Source of the DNA: an uncultured Gammaproteobacteria bacterium
GTDB lineage: Bacteria; Pseudomonadota; Gammaproteobacteria; Steroidobacterales; Steroidobacteraceae
DNA: 64,000 nt
NCBI GenBank assembly: GCA_963731465.1
Contig: CAVSVK010000013.1
Span: forward strand, 246,897 to 310,896
Direction of reading: 5' to 3'
In this document: positions 38,768 through 47,538 of the stretch, piece after piece
How positions within the stretch are numbered: position 1 is the first letter of the stretch
Layout: each line of letters starts with the position of its first letter
The notes under the pieces: generated by a model
Databases searched by the model: none
What the model was told of the DNA's origin: nothing
Seen by the model: only the letters and a program-made list of their open reading frames with translations
Translations under genes and position numbers: made by a program

Positions 38768-41169
38768 GGCGCAATGTCTCTGGCCAAGCGGATTCCAACG
38801 CTGCTGGTTCGATAGTCCACGCCGAAATGATTGCGGTAGTTGGCGCGGACATACTCCGGCGTGCTGAACCAGGAGCCGCCGCGAAGTTCGCGCTCGGCGC
38901 AATTGCCGTCCGTGCGCGCCGAGCCATCGATGGGCGCGCCCTTGTAGTCTGCGTTCCAACAATCTTCGGTCCACTGAAACACATTGCCCAGCATGTCGTT
39001 GAGGCCAAATGAGTTGGCTTTGAAAGATCCCACGGGCGCGGTTTGGACGAAACCATCGTTGCAGGCGAATACGGCCCAGCCTGGATAGCGACGGCCGGCG
39101 CTGAGATCCGCAACGTTCGCGTTGGCGCAGGCGTCCAAGCCCTGGGCACTCCACGGCTGCGCGGCCGCTCCGCCGGCGCGCGCCGCATACTCCCATTCCG
39201 AGGCACTGGGCAGGCGGTAGTGCTGCCCAGTTTTGGCGGACAGCCAAGCCACGTAGGCCTTGGCGTCATTCCAGGAGGTGCAGGTGACAGGATGCGATCC
39301 GGTCTGCTCGAAGCCGGGATTTTCCCAACTGCCATCCTCTCGATGGCGCCACGCTCCGTCGTACGTGTCGCAGCCTTGCATGTCCCTGCCGGTTGCGATG
39401 ACGAATGCGCGGAATTCATCCACGGTGACGGCATTGGTCGACAACGCAATCGGATGGGCGATCATCACCCAGTGCAGCGGCTTTTCAAATGCAGAGGCGT
39501 TTTCCGTCAACGCCGATCCCTGTTCGAATCGACCGGTGGGCAGCACCGTCAGAACAGGACAGGTCGGACAGTCGCGGATCGTGGTGCCCGGCCGTACCAC
39601 CGCTGCAACTGCCGCGACCGGCTTGCCCGGCACCGGCGCTGGACGATGCACAACGAACCAGATCGCCGTGGCGAGCAAAACCAGCGCGGCGCCGATCCAT
39701 ACGGCACGCGGCGGCGTGCGCATATGCCAGCGCCAGGCGCGAACATTCAAGGAAACACTTGGAAGCGCGCTCAGGGCCCGCGCGATTTGCTCCCGCGCCG
39801 CGATCTGCGCCCGCGGTTCCACATGCACACGCGGCAGATCTTCCACGCCCCGGTCACGCTCCACGCCGGGCAAGATCCTGGCCGCCGCGGATTCGCGCTG
39901 CTGCGCGGCTGCCTGCCATTGCGTCGCACGCTTGGCCTCGCTGCGCACCGATGCGCCCAATTTTTCAATCAGCGCATTATCATCCCGCAGCTTCGCCTGC
40001 AGATTGGCCACCTGGGCGTTGCCGGAGGCGATGGCATCGTGGCTTGCTTTCAGTTCCCGCCGCAACTCATCCGCCCGCCTTTGCGCGGCCTGCAATTTCT
40101 CCTCGGAGGCCTGCAAGTTCGACCGTTCGCGCTTCAGCGCGACCAGTTGCGCGTCGCGCTCCGTCAGCGTTTGACGGATCTCGGCGATCGTCTTGTCCCG
40201 CGACGCCAACGCTTCGCGCGAGGAACCGCCCAAGGAACTGCTGTCACTCAATGAGCGTTGCATTTCCTGATTCTTGCGCCGCTCCTTTTCGAGCGAGGCG
40301 AGCGTCTCTGCATGTTCGCGTTGCAACGCGGCCAGCTGCGCATCGTGCTCTGCCAGCGTCTGCCTGAGGTCGGCAAGCGTTTTGTCCCGCGCCGCCAGCG
40401 CCTCGCGTGCGGAACCGCTCGACGAATTGCTGTCGCTCAATGAGCGTTCAGTTTCCCGGCCCTTGCGCCGCTCCTTTTCGAGCGCATCGCGGGATGCGCC
40501 GAGTTCCGTGGCGGCGGCAACGGCTTGGACGCGCAAGGCCTGCAGTTCCGAATCCTGAGCGGCGGCCCGCTCGGCATGCTCACGGCGCGTCGCGGCGAGT
40601 TCCGCGTCGCGTTCGTCGAGCGTCTGCCGCAGTTGCGCAGTAACCTTGTCGCGGCTCGCGATGGAATTTCGCGCGGCGCGCAATTCCGCCTGGTAGCGTT
40701 CGGATTCCCGCATCGCCATATCCAGACGGGAGCGCGCCGTTTCCTCGGTGACGATTCTCTCCGACAAAGCTTCTTCCGCATCTCGAACCCGGGTTCGCTC
40801 TGATTCCAGCGCTTCGCGGGCTGCTTGTAATTCGGCGGAGAGCGCAACCGGATCCAACTCCTCCTCTGATTCGATTGTGTCATCCGGATCGGTCTGCAGT
40901 GCGGCGTCCCGCTCGATCGCCTCATCGAGCACGCCGAGAACGTCCAGGTACGCGTACTCCGGCAGCGGTTCAATCAACTGGCTGCGACGCAGAACTTCGC
41001 GCAGCTCGCCGGGAGACACTCCCGTCGCAAGCAATCGTTTGAGTTGAAACTGGACTTCCGTGTACGGCAGGCCGCCGATCTCAAATCCCTTCAAAACTTT
41101 TCTGAAGGTGGCGGCCGAGAACGAATTGCGCGAATCGCCGAATTCAGCGCGCTTGGAGACGATACTCAT
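38764..41169 (-). CDS. Membrane-anchored coiled-coil protein with extracytoplasmic FGE-sulfatase (SUMF1-like) domain lacking catalytic cysteines
   Basis: About 480-aa cytoplasmic region with repeated REALA.RDKT.A..RQTL.E.DA.L units. One TM (AVWIGAALVLLATAIWFVV). C-terminal FGE-like domain (HPVTCTSWNDAKAYVAWL, NSFGLNDMLGNVFQWTED, RGGSWFSTPEYVRANYR). Confidence 0.8.
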   Translation of the reverse strand: MSIVSKRAEFGDSRNSFSAATFRKVLKGFEIGGLPYTEVQFQLKRLLATGVSPGELREVLRRSQLIEPLPEYAYLDVLGVLDEAIERDAALQTDPDDTIESEEELDPVALSAELQAAREALESERTRVRDAEEALSERIVTEETARSRLDMAMRESERYQAELRAARNSIASRDKVTAQLRQTLDERDAELAATRREHAERAAAQDSELQALRVQAVAAATELGASRDALEKERRKGRETERSLSDSNSSSGSAREALAARDKTLADLRQTLAEHDAQLAALQREHAETLASLEKERRKNQEMQRSLSDSSSLGGSSREALASRDKTIAEIRQTLTERDAQLVALKRERSNLQASEEKLQAAQRRADELRRELKASHDAIASGNAQVANLQAKLRDDNALIEKLGASVRSEAKRATQWQAAAQQRESAAARILPGVERDRGVEDLPRVHVEPRAQIAAREQIARALSALPSVSLNVRAWRWHMRTPPRAVWIGAALVLLATAIWFVVHRPAPVPGKPVAAVAAVVRPGTTIRDCPTCPVLTVLPTGRFEQGSALTENASAFEKPLHWVMIAHPIALSTNAVTVDEFRAFVIATGRDMQGCDTYDGAWRHREDGSWENPGFEQTGSHPVTCTSWNDAKAYVAWLSAKTGQHYRLPSASEWEYAARAGGAAAQPWSAQGLDACANANVADLSAGRRYPGWAVFACNDGFVQTAPVGSFKANSFGLNDMLGNVFQWTEDCWNADYKGAPIDGSARTDGNCAERELRGGSWFSTPEYVRANYRNHFGVDYRTSSVGIRLARDIAP
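40141..40518. repeat. Intragenic tandem duplication, period 189 bp (63 codons), two units plus a diverged third copy near 40590-40660
   Basis: ttgtcccg at 40193 and 40382. Exact 23-mer cttgcgccgctccttttcgagcg at 40273-40295 and 40462-40484. Offset is exactly 189 nt. Confidence 0.8.
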
Positions 41170-41246
41170 GTGATTTTTTTACTCGACCGCAGGCACTAAG
41201 GCAAGGCCTGTCGCACATCGATTTCAAGCGTTGGATTGTATTTTTT

Positions 41247-41741
41247 TCAAACGGACTCGAAGCGGTTTAGGGCCACGTTTTTGCGCACGGCGTCGGCGGG
41301 AAATACCTGCCCATTCGCGGTGATGTAAACCCCCGGTGGCAGGACTTGAACGGCGCCGATGGCCAACCCCAAGTTGAATGACGCATCGCTGTCGGCAAAG
41401 CGCGCGGGCTGCAATGCGCCGGTCAATACGATGGTTTTGCCCCGCAATCCCTGCAACTGGCGCGCGGTCTCGACCATGGTGTCGGTGCCATGAGTAACAA
41501 TGATATGGGTCGCCTCGGAGGCGGCAACGGCGTCGCGGACCGCGACGCGATCTGCCGCGGTCATCTCCAAGCTGTCTTTGCGCAACAGCTCGGTGATGGG
41601 GATGCGGGCGGTCACGCGGGCTTGATCCAAGATTTGGCGAACCATGGGCGCACCGACTTCATAACCGCCCTTGGCGTCGAAGTACACCTTGTCGATCGTG
41701 CCGCCGGTCGTGAAGATCGCGATTTGCATTGCTTCCGTCAT
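41247..41741 (-). CDS. Short asparaginase-family protein (N-terminal domain only)
   Basis: IFTTGGTIDK threonine motif and HGTDTM. Only 164 aa. Confidence 0.7.
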   Translation of the reverse strand: MTEAMQIAIFTTGGTIDKVYFDAKGGYEVGAPMVRQILDQARVTARIPITELLRKDSLEMTAADRVAVRDAVAASEATHIIVTHGTDTMVETARQLQGLRGKTIVLTGALQPARFADSDASFNLGLAIGAVQVLPPGVYITANGQVFPADAVRKNVALNRFESV

Positions 41742-41759
41742 AGGTCGGGTACTTCGTTC

Positions 41760-42710
41760 TCAATCCTCGGGATCTTGAAGCGGGTCAATATCATGGAACT
41801 TGCCATAATCCACGTGGATGGTGCCGTCCGGCGCCTCTTCGAGGATATCGTGGAACGTGGAGTTCCATCGTATATCTGCGCTGGAGTATTCGCCCCGGGC
41901 CATCAGTGTCTGACCGGTGTTCTCGTCGGTACCGCTGAGGCTCAAGACAAACATCGTCCTGGTGTTCGACAGAGTTTCCGCGGTCTCGGAATGCAACGGG
42001 CTGGCATCATCGATGACGTGCATGATGGTCCAGCCGAGGGCGAACATCGGGTGTTCGGAGCGCAGCAGCGGCAAATCGACGATGCGGCGAATGCTATAGC
42101 CTTCTTCGGTGACCTCATCGCGCAGCATGCGCAGGCGCGCGGAAGCATCCTGGACCACATTTTGGCGCTCATTCGCCGCACGAAATAGCAGGGTTGGTTT
42201 GCCGGCAATCGGACGCACTACGGCATTTTTAGTAAACAGAAAGCGCGCCCGAGGCCTGGAAAATCGCGCGAACATGAGGCCGGTAATCAGCGCCAGCGAC
42301 ATGAGGCCGACGAAAATCTCGATCATCGCGACCAGGTGGCCATAGAAGGTTTCGGGATGCATCTCCCCGTATCCCACTGTTGCGAGCGTCTCGACGCTGA
42401 AGAAGAAATCGCCGGCGAATCCGGGTGGATTCAAGTTGGCGATGCATCCGGGGGCGAGGTAGTAAAGGAAGCCGAATAAAAGGTCAAAAACCAGGAAAAA
42501 GCCGGCCAGGGTGGCGAACAGGCGGGGCCAGCTCACCGTCATGAAATGGTGAAACAAATCGTGGAATATCGGCGTGACAATTCCTTCAGAGACAAATTCG
42601 CGGCTGCCCAACCTGACGATGCGGCGTCCCACGGATTTGCGCGCTATGGGGGCGCCGTGAGTGGCAGACGAGCTGTTCGATTGATGCTTGGAGGCGCTCA
42701 TGAGAGACAT
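41760..42710 (-). CDS. Inward-rectifier-type K+ channel (KirBac-like)
   Basis: Selectivity filter TLATVGYGEM between two TM helices, C-terminal beta-rich cytoplasmic domain. Start uncertain (42746/42710/42701). Confidence 0.85.
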   Translation of the reverse strand: MSLMSASKHQSNSSSATHGAPIARKSVGRRIVRLGSREFVSEGIVTPIFHDLFHHFMTVSWPRLFATLAGFFLVFDLLFGFLYYLAPGCIANLNPPGFAGDFFFSVETLATVGYGEMHPETFYGHLVAMIEIFVGLMSLALITGLMFARFSRPRARFLFTKNAVVRPIAGKPTLLFRAANERQNVVQDASARLRMLRDEVTEEGYSIRRIVDLPLLRSEHPMFALGWTIMHVIDDASPLHSETAETLSNTRTMFVLSLSGTDENTGQTLMARGEYSSADIRWNSTFHDILEEAPDGTIHVDYGKFHDIDPLQDPED

Positions 42711-42816
42711 CTTAGGCGAGAGATGACAATCGCGGCCAGGGGTCACCGCAAGCGCCGGGCCGGCCGCCGCGATAGACCGGCCTCGTAGCCCGGCCTGGCT
42801 GGGCTAGAATCAGCCG

Positions 42817-44577
42817 ATGAAGCACCCGACGCTGACGACGATTGCGGAACAATCCAACTACAAGGAGACCGGACGCCTCGAGGAGGTCGAACGGTTGAGT
42901 GCGGAACTTGCGCGTGCGTGGCCCGATGCGGTGCGCTCGATGGAGTTCGGACGTTCCGCGGAAGGGCGCATCATGCGTGCCTTGCTGGTCTCCCGATCAG
43001 GCGCACTGACCCCGGCAGAGCTGCGCGCCCAGGCCATTCCGCTGCTCATGATTCAAGGCGGCATCCACCCCGGCGAAAGCGACGGCAAGGACGCTGGATT
43101 CGCCGTACTGCGTGATTTGCTCCAGGATTCTTCGCCGGCTGCATTGTTGCAGAGGATTGCGGTGCTCTTCGTTCCCGCATTCAACACCGACGGTCACGAG
43201 CGCGCCGGACGCTGGAGCCGTCCCAATCAGAATGGCCCCATCGAGACCGGCTGGCGCACGACCGCACAAAATATCAACCTGAACCGCGACTACATGAAGG
43301 CCGACACCCCGGAGATGCGGGCGATGCTGCGTCTTCTCGACGCGTGGGATCCGCTCGTGTGCGCAGACCTGCACGTCACCGACGGTGCGGACTTCGAACC
43401 CGACATTTCGCTGCAAGTGGAGCCGCTCAATCAAGGCGATGCAAAATTGAGAGTGAGCGGCCGACAGATGCGGGATGCACTCATAGCACGGCTCACGGAA
43501 CTGGGATCGTTGGCGCTCGATTTCTACCCCGATCTGGCCAGCACCGACGACCCGGCTTCCGGGTTTGCCTTGACCGTGTATTCGCCGCGCTTCTCGACCG
43601 GGTATTTTCCGCAGCGTAATCGCTTCACCGTTTTGGTCGAAACGCACTCCTGGAAGGATTACGCGCGTCGCGTCCTGGTAATGCGCAACACCATAACCGG
43701 TCTGGCCGAGTTGATCGCCGCTCATGGGCGCAACTGGCTCGAGCTCGCGCAACAGGCAGATCAGGCGGCGATGAAGCTGGGCGGCGCCGAGATACCGCTC
43801 GACTTCACATCGAGTTGGCGCGAGCCGGCGCAGGCGGGTGGCGCCGTTCCTGACCGGGATGGCACCGCGGCACGGATGATCGACTTCAGGGGATACGCAT
43901 ACACGCGCACGCCGTCGTTGATATCCGGCGTTCTCGTCACCCGGTACGATCCGAAAACGCCGCAGATCTGGCGCGTGCCGCTGCGCGATCAAGTCGAGGC
44001 TTCAATCTCGACGACCGTGCCGCTCGGCGGGTATGTGATTGCGGCCGCCTTCGCCGCCGACATTGCGCCCCGGCTCGAAGCCCATGGCATCGCGTTCTTA
44101 CGCCTACGCGGTGCGCGCGACCCAATCAAGGCCAAGGCCTTTCGCGCGACGGCCGTGCAGTTCTCGCCGGCCCCATTTGAAGGACGCATGCGTGCACAAC
44201 TGACGGGTGCATGGCACGAGGAGATGTGCGACCTGCAAGACGCGGCGCTTTTCGTATCGATCACGCAGCCCCTGGCGCGGCTGGTGGTGGCGCTTCTCGA
44301 GCCGCGGGCGCCGGATTCGTTCGCCGCGTGGGGCCTGTTCAATGCCTGCTTCGAACAGAAGGAACACATGGAGCCCTATGTCGCGGAGCAAATTGCCCGC
44401 GAGATGATTGCTCAAGATCCGCCTCTCGCGGCAGAATTTTGGAAAAGATGCGAGCGCGATGGAACATTCGCCGCGAGTCCCGTTGCGCGCTTGGAATTCT
44501 TTTTGCGCCGCCACGCCTCGTGGGACACGCGCTACAACCTGTATCCGGTGCTGCGGCTCGAGGAGAATTTGGAATAG
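42817..44577 (+). CDS. M14-family zinc carboxypeptidase-like protein
   Basis: HxxE zinc motif in QGGIHPGESDG. 586 aa, no signal peptide seen. Confidence 0.8.
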   Translation: MKHPTLTTIAEQSNYKETGRLEEVERLSAELARAWPDAVRSMEFGRSAEGRIMRALLVSRSGALTPAELRAQAIPLLMIQGGIHPGESDGKDAGFAVLRDLLQDSSPAALLQRIAVLFVPAFNTDGHERAGRWSRPNQNGPIETGWRTTAQNINLNRDYMKADTPEMRAMLRLLDAWDPLVCADLHVTDGADFEPDISLQVEPLNQGDAKLRVSGRQMRDALIARLTELGSLALDFYPDLASTDDPASGFALTVYSPRFSTGYFPQRNRFTVLVETHSWKDYARRVLVMRNTITGLAELIAAHGRNWLELAQQADQAAMKLGGAEIPLDFTSSWREPAQAGGAVPDRDGTAARMIDFRGYAYTRTPSLISGVLVTRYDPKTPQIWRVPLRDQVEASISTTVPLGGYVIAAAFAADIAPRLEAHGIAFLRLRGARDPIKAKAFRATAVQFSPAPFEGRMRAQLTGAWHEEMCDLQDAALFVSITQPLARLVVALLEPRAPDSFAAWGLFNACFEQKEHMEPYVAEQIAREMIAQDPPLAAEFWKRCERDGTFAASPVARLEFFLRRHASWDTRYNLYPVLRLEENLE

Positions 44578-44743
44578 CGGGAGGCGGCACAGGCGCCTCG
44601 CGAAGGCGCGCCGTGCCTCTAGCCGTTGAACAAGGCGTTCTATGGCATTTGTCCTACTGCGAGTCGGGGCTTTTCTGACAGGCGCTGCGTAGGCGCCGTG
44701 ATTTAGCATCCGCCTTGACCCAGTCTAATAAGGGGAGGATGCA

Positions 44744-45133
44744 ATGAGACTAGCGTTAAGCAGCACGTTGCTGGCCGGCGCACTACTGTGCCTGTCGGCC
44801 TGCAACAAAGCCGAATCTCCGCAGAAAGTTCAAGAGGACGTCGCCAAAGCGCAGAGCAAAGCGGCCGATGAGAACGCCAAGGCTGACGAAAAAGTGAAGC
44901 AAGTCGAGGCGGCTGCCGCGAAGGATCGGGCGGATGCGTTGGCCAAGGTGGCGGACAAGAACGTGGGGGCCCTGACGGATGCTGCGGTCACTCAAGCTGA
45001 GGGCGAAACACAAGTTGCTCTGGCAAAGTGTGCGGCTCTCGAGGGTGATGCGCAAAAGACGTGCAAAGACCAGGCCAATGCCCATCTAGATGAAGTCAAA
45101 GCGCGAGCCAAGACCGCCGCCAAGACTGATTGA
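44744..45133 (+). CDS. Lipoprotein, Ala/Lys/Asp-rich helical
   Basis: Lipobox LSAC, low-complexity helical mature region with two Cys. Confidence 0.6.
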   Translation: MRLALSSTLLAGALLCLSACNKAESPQKVQEDVAKAQSKAADENAKADEKVKQVEAAAAKDRADALAKVADKNVGALTDAAVTQAEGETQVALAKCAALEGDAQKTCKDQANAHLDEVKARAKTAAKTD

Positions 45134-45225
45134 GCATCACAGCAGCCGGGGAGCGGCATTTTTCGGGACGGACGTCTCGCGTTTTGCCGTTGTCGATTGA
45201 GTCGATGTCGTCCTGCCTGTCTATT

Positions 45226-46467
45226 TCACAATCGCAGCAGTCCGCGCTTCGAGATCCAGGCCAGCGCGATTCCCACCACGAATGCCAGGCCCACATTCCA
45301 CATGGCGAACGCCGCGGTGGCGAGCGTGATGAAGCGTTCGCCCTTATTCTTGCTGAAATCACAGGCGCCGAGACTGAGTTGCGCTCCGGTCAGAAAAAGG
45401 ATGACGCCCAACACCGCCTTCGGAAACACGTTCAAGATCGCCGCAATGGAGCCGCTGAGACAGAACGCCAGGGTCAACAGAATTACACCCAGGATGATCG
45501 GTGCGCCGCCGGTGCGTGCACCGAAGGCGACATGACCGGCCATGCCTCCGGCGCCATGGCACATCGGCACGCCGCCCACGGCGGAGCTTGCAAGATTCAT
45601 CAATCCCGTCGAGCTGGCAACCTGCGCGTCGGTCACGGGCCGGTCGGGAAACAGCCGATTGTTTTCCTCGCGCACCGCGATGACGGCATTACCGAGGGTC
45701 AGCGGCAGCTGGGGCAGCGCCAAAAACAGCGTGCCGACCCACAGATCGTGCCAGCTGATCGCCGCCAGCGCGAAGCTTGGCAGCCGAAACTGCAGGCGTA
45801 CGGCGGCCAGTGCGTGCGCCACCGCGGGATCCTGAATGAGGCCGCACACCGCACCGAATAGCAGCAGGAGAAACATGGCCGGCACCGCACGATTGGTCAG
45901 CAACAACAGCGTTCCCAACAGTCCGAGCGCGGCGATCGGCCACTGCGTACTCATGAGCTTGATGCCTTCCATCATGAAGCTCAGGCCGAGACCCAATACG
46001 ATGCCGATGACCACGAAGCGCGGCACGAGCCGCGCGATCCGGGTAGCCGCACCACTCAAACCCAGAATCAGCCAGATCGCGCCGGTCATGAGTCCCGCGC
46101 TGTAAACGGCCGCCTGCGTAATGACGGCGGTTTGCGCGGCCTGAGTTACCGCGGCAGCGCCGAGCGCCTTCATCGGCTGCACCGGAAACGGCGTCTTGTA
46201 GTAAAAGCCGCAGACCACGAGCGCCGCGCCGAAGGCAAAGAAAATTCCGAAGGGATCCAGCTTCAAGACGGCGATATAGGCGACCACGAATGGAATGAGC
46301 GTGCCGAGATCGCCGAAGGCGCCGGCCCACTCCATCCGATCGAAGCGGTTGCCGGAGAGCGGAGCTTTGGTTTGCGGCGCCGAAGAATTCACCAGCGCAG
46401 AGTAGACCGTCGCCCAGCGAAATTCTTCGCAATTATCCGCGGTTATATTCTGCGAGATACAGCGCAC
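45226..46467 (-). CDS. Putative molybdate/sulfate transporter (MOT1-type, SulP-related)
   Basis: EWAGAFGDLGTLIPF N-terminal signature, polytopic. Real start may be the GTG at 46392. Confidence 0.7.
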   Translation of the reverse strand: MRCISQNITADNCEEFRWATVYSALVNSSAPQTKAPLSGNRFDRMEWAGAFGDLGTLIPFVVAYIAVLKLDPFGIFFAFGAALVVCGFYYKTPFPVQPMKALGAAAVTQAAQTAVITQAAVYSAGLMTGAIWLILGLSGAATRIARLVPRFVVIGIVLGLGLSFMMEGIKLMSTQWPIAALGLLGTLLLLTNRAVPAMFLLLLFGAVCGLIQDPAVAHALAAVRLQFRLPSFALAAISWHDLWVGTLFLALPQLPLTLGNAVIAVREENNRLFPDRPVTDAQVASSTGLMNLASSAVGGVPMCHGAGGMAGHVAFGARTGGAPIILGVILLTLAFCLSGSIAAILNVFPKAVLGVILFLTGAQLSLGACDFSKNKGERFITLATAAFAMWNVGLAFVVGIALAWISKRGLLRL

Positions 46468-46531
46468 GGAGCAAAAATACCGCCGCGCGCTGTATCCAAG
46501 AAGATACTACGCACTGCCGGCGATCACGATG

Positions 46532-46975
46532 TTACGAGATCTTTTCGGCACGCTGCATAATTTTTTTGGCAAGTTGCTTTTTGCCGGCGTTCCTAGGAAG
46601 GGACGCCTTCGGCGCGACATGCGGCACGATGTCGGTGAGCCGCTGCGCGCCGAGCCGGCCGACCTCGCGCTCGAGCATTCGGTACTGGCGGATCAGGCCC
46701 GCGCCGAAGGTCGTTACCCGCGCGCCGCCGCCGCCGGCACCGCCCGTGGAGGAGACGGTCACGGCCTCGCTAAAGCCTTGTTTTAAGCTGTTTATCAACA
46801 TCCAGGCGCGGCGGTAGCTCATGCCAAGAGAGCGTGCGGCGTCGGAAATGGATCCGGTGGATTTGATTGCCTCGAGCAATGCGATCTTGCCCGGACCGAC
46901 ATGGACGTTTTCGGCGAAATCGATCCGGATACGGATAACTGGCGGCATCGCGCTTCCTCCCACGCGCTCACGCAA
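46532..46975 (-). CDS. ModE-like N-terminal-domain-only HTH regulator
   Basis: [39 protein letters not shown] matches the ModE HTH region. No Mop/TOBE molybdate-binding domain. Alternative start at 46948. Confidence 0.7.
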   Translation of the reverse strand: MRERVGGSAMPPVIRIRIDFAENVHVGPGKIALLEAIKSTGSISDAARSLGMSYRRAWMLINSLKQGFSEAVTVSSTGGAGGGGARVTTFGAGLIRQYRMLEREVGRLGAQRLTDIVPHVAPKASLPRNAGKKQLAKKIMQRAEKIS

Positions 46976-47073
46976 CGCGAGCGGCCCGCCATCATACGAG
47001 ATTTTTTTGTCCAGACTTGAATACGGTGAATGAGAGTAGGATTCTTGCCGGACCGACAGTTCGCGGAGTCATC

Positions 47074-47535
47074 ATGTCGACAACTTTTTTCCTGAACGGC
47101 CAGAGCGCCACGCTGGATGCGGATCCGAACATGCCTTTGCTGTGGGCGATCCGCGAGGTCGCCGGCCTGCACGGCACCAAGTTTGGCTGTGGAATGGCGA
47201 TGTGCGGTGCCTGCACCATCCACCTTGACGGTCAGGCAGTCCGTTCCTGCGTCATGCCGCTCTCGGCCGCCTCCGGCCGGCACATAACGACGATTGAGGG
47301 GTTGCAGAGCAAGCAAGCCAAGGCGGTGCAGGCCGCCTGGATCGATCTTCAGGTTCCCCAGTGCGGATATTGCCAGTCGGGTCAGATCATGTCCGCAACC
47401 GCACTGCTCGAGAAGAATTCCGCGCCGAGCGATGCCGACATCGACGGCGCAATGAGCGGCAATATCTGCCGCTGCGCCACGTACCCGCGCATCCGGGCCG
47501 CGATTCACGCAGCCGCGCAATCCGCCAAGGCTTGA
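47074..47535 (+). CDS. (2Fe-2S)-binding small subunit of a molybdopterin oxidoreductase (IorA/aldehyde oxidoreductase type)
   Basis: [15 protein letters not shown] and [10 protein letters not shown] cluster motifs. Confidence 0.9.
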   Translation: MSTTFFLNGQSATLDADPNMPLLWAIREVAGLHGTKFGCGMAMCGACTIHLDGQAVRSCVMPLSAASGRHITTIEGLQSKQAKAVQAAWIDLQVPQCGYCQSGQIMSATALLEKNSAPSDADIDGAMSGNICRCATYPRIRAAIHAAAQSAKA

Positions 47536-47538
47536 TGT

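Noticed and set aside
37454-40367. Several long plus-strand ORFs (37454-38815, 39043-40254, 39260-40174, 39489-40367) opposite the M20, TPR and FGE-like genes
   Set aside because: These are mutually overlapping, Arg/Pro/Ala-rich, motif-free frames. The minus-strand genes have clear family signatures.
44581-44619. GC-rich imperfect hairpin just after the M14 peptidase stop
   Set aside because: The stem has bulges and is not followed by a T-tract. It may still fold, but I cannot call it an intrinsic terminator.
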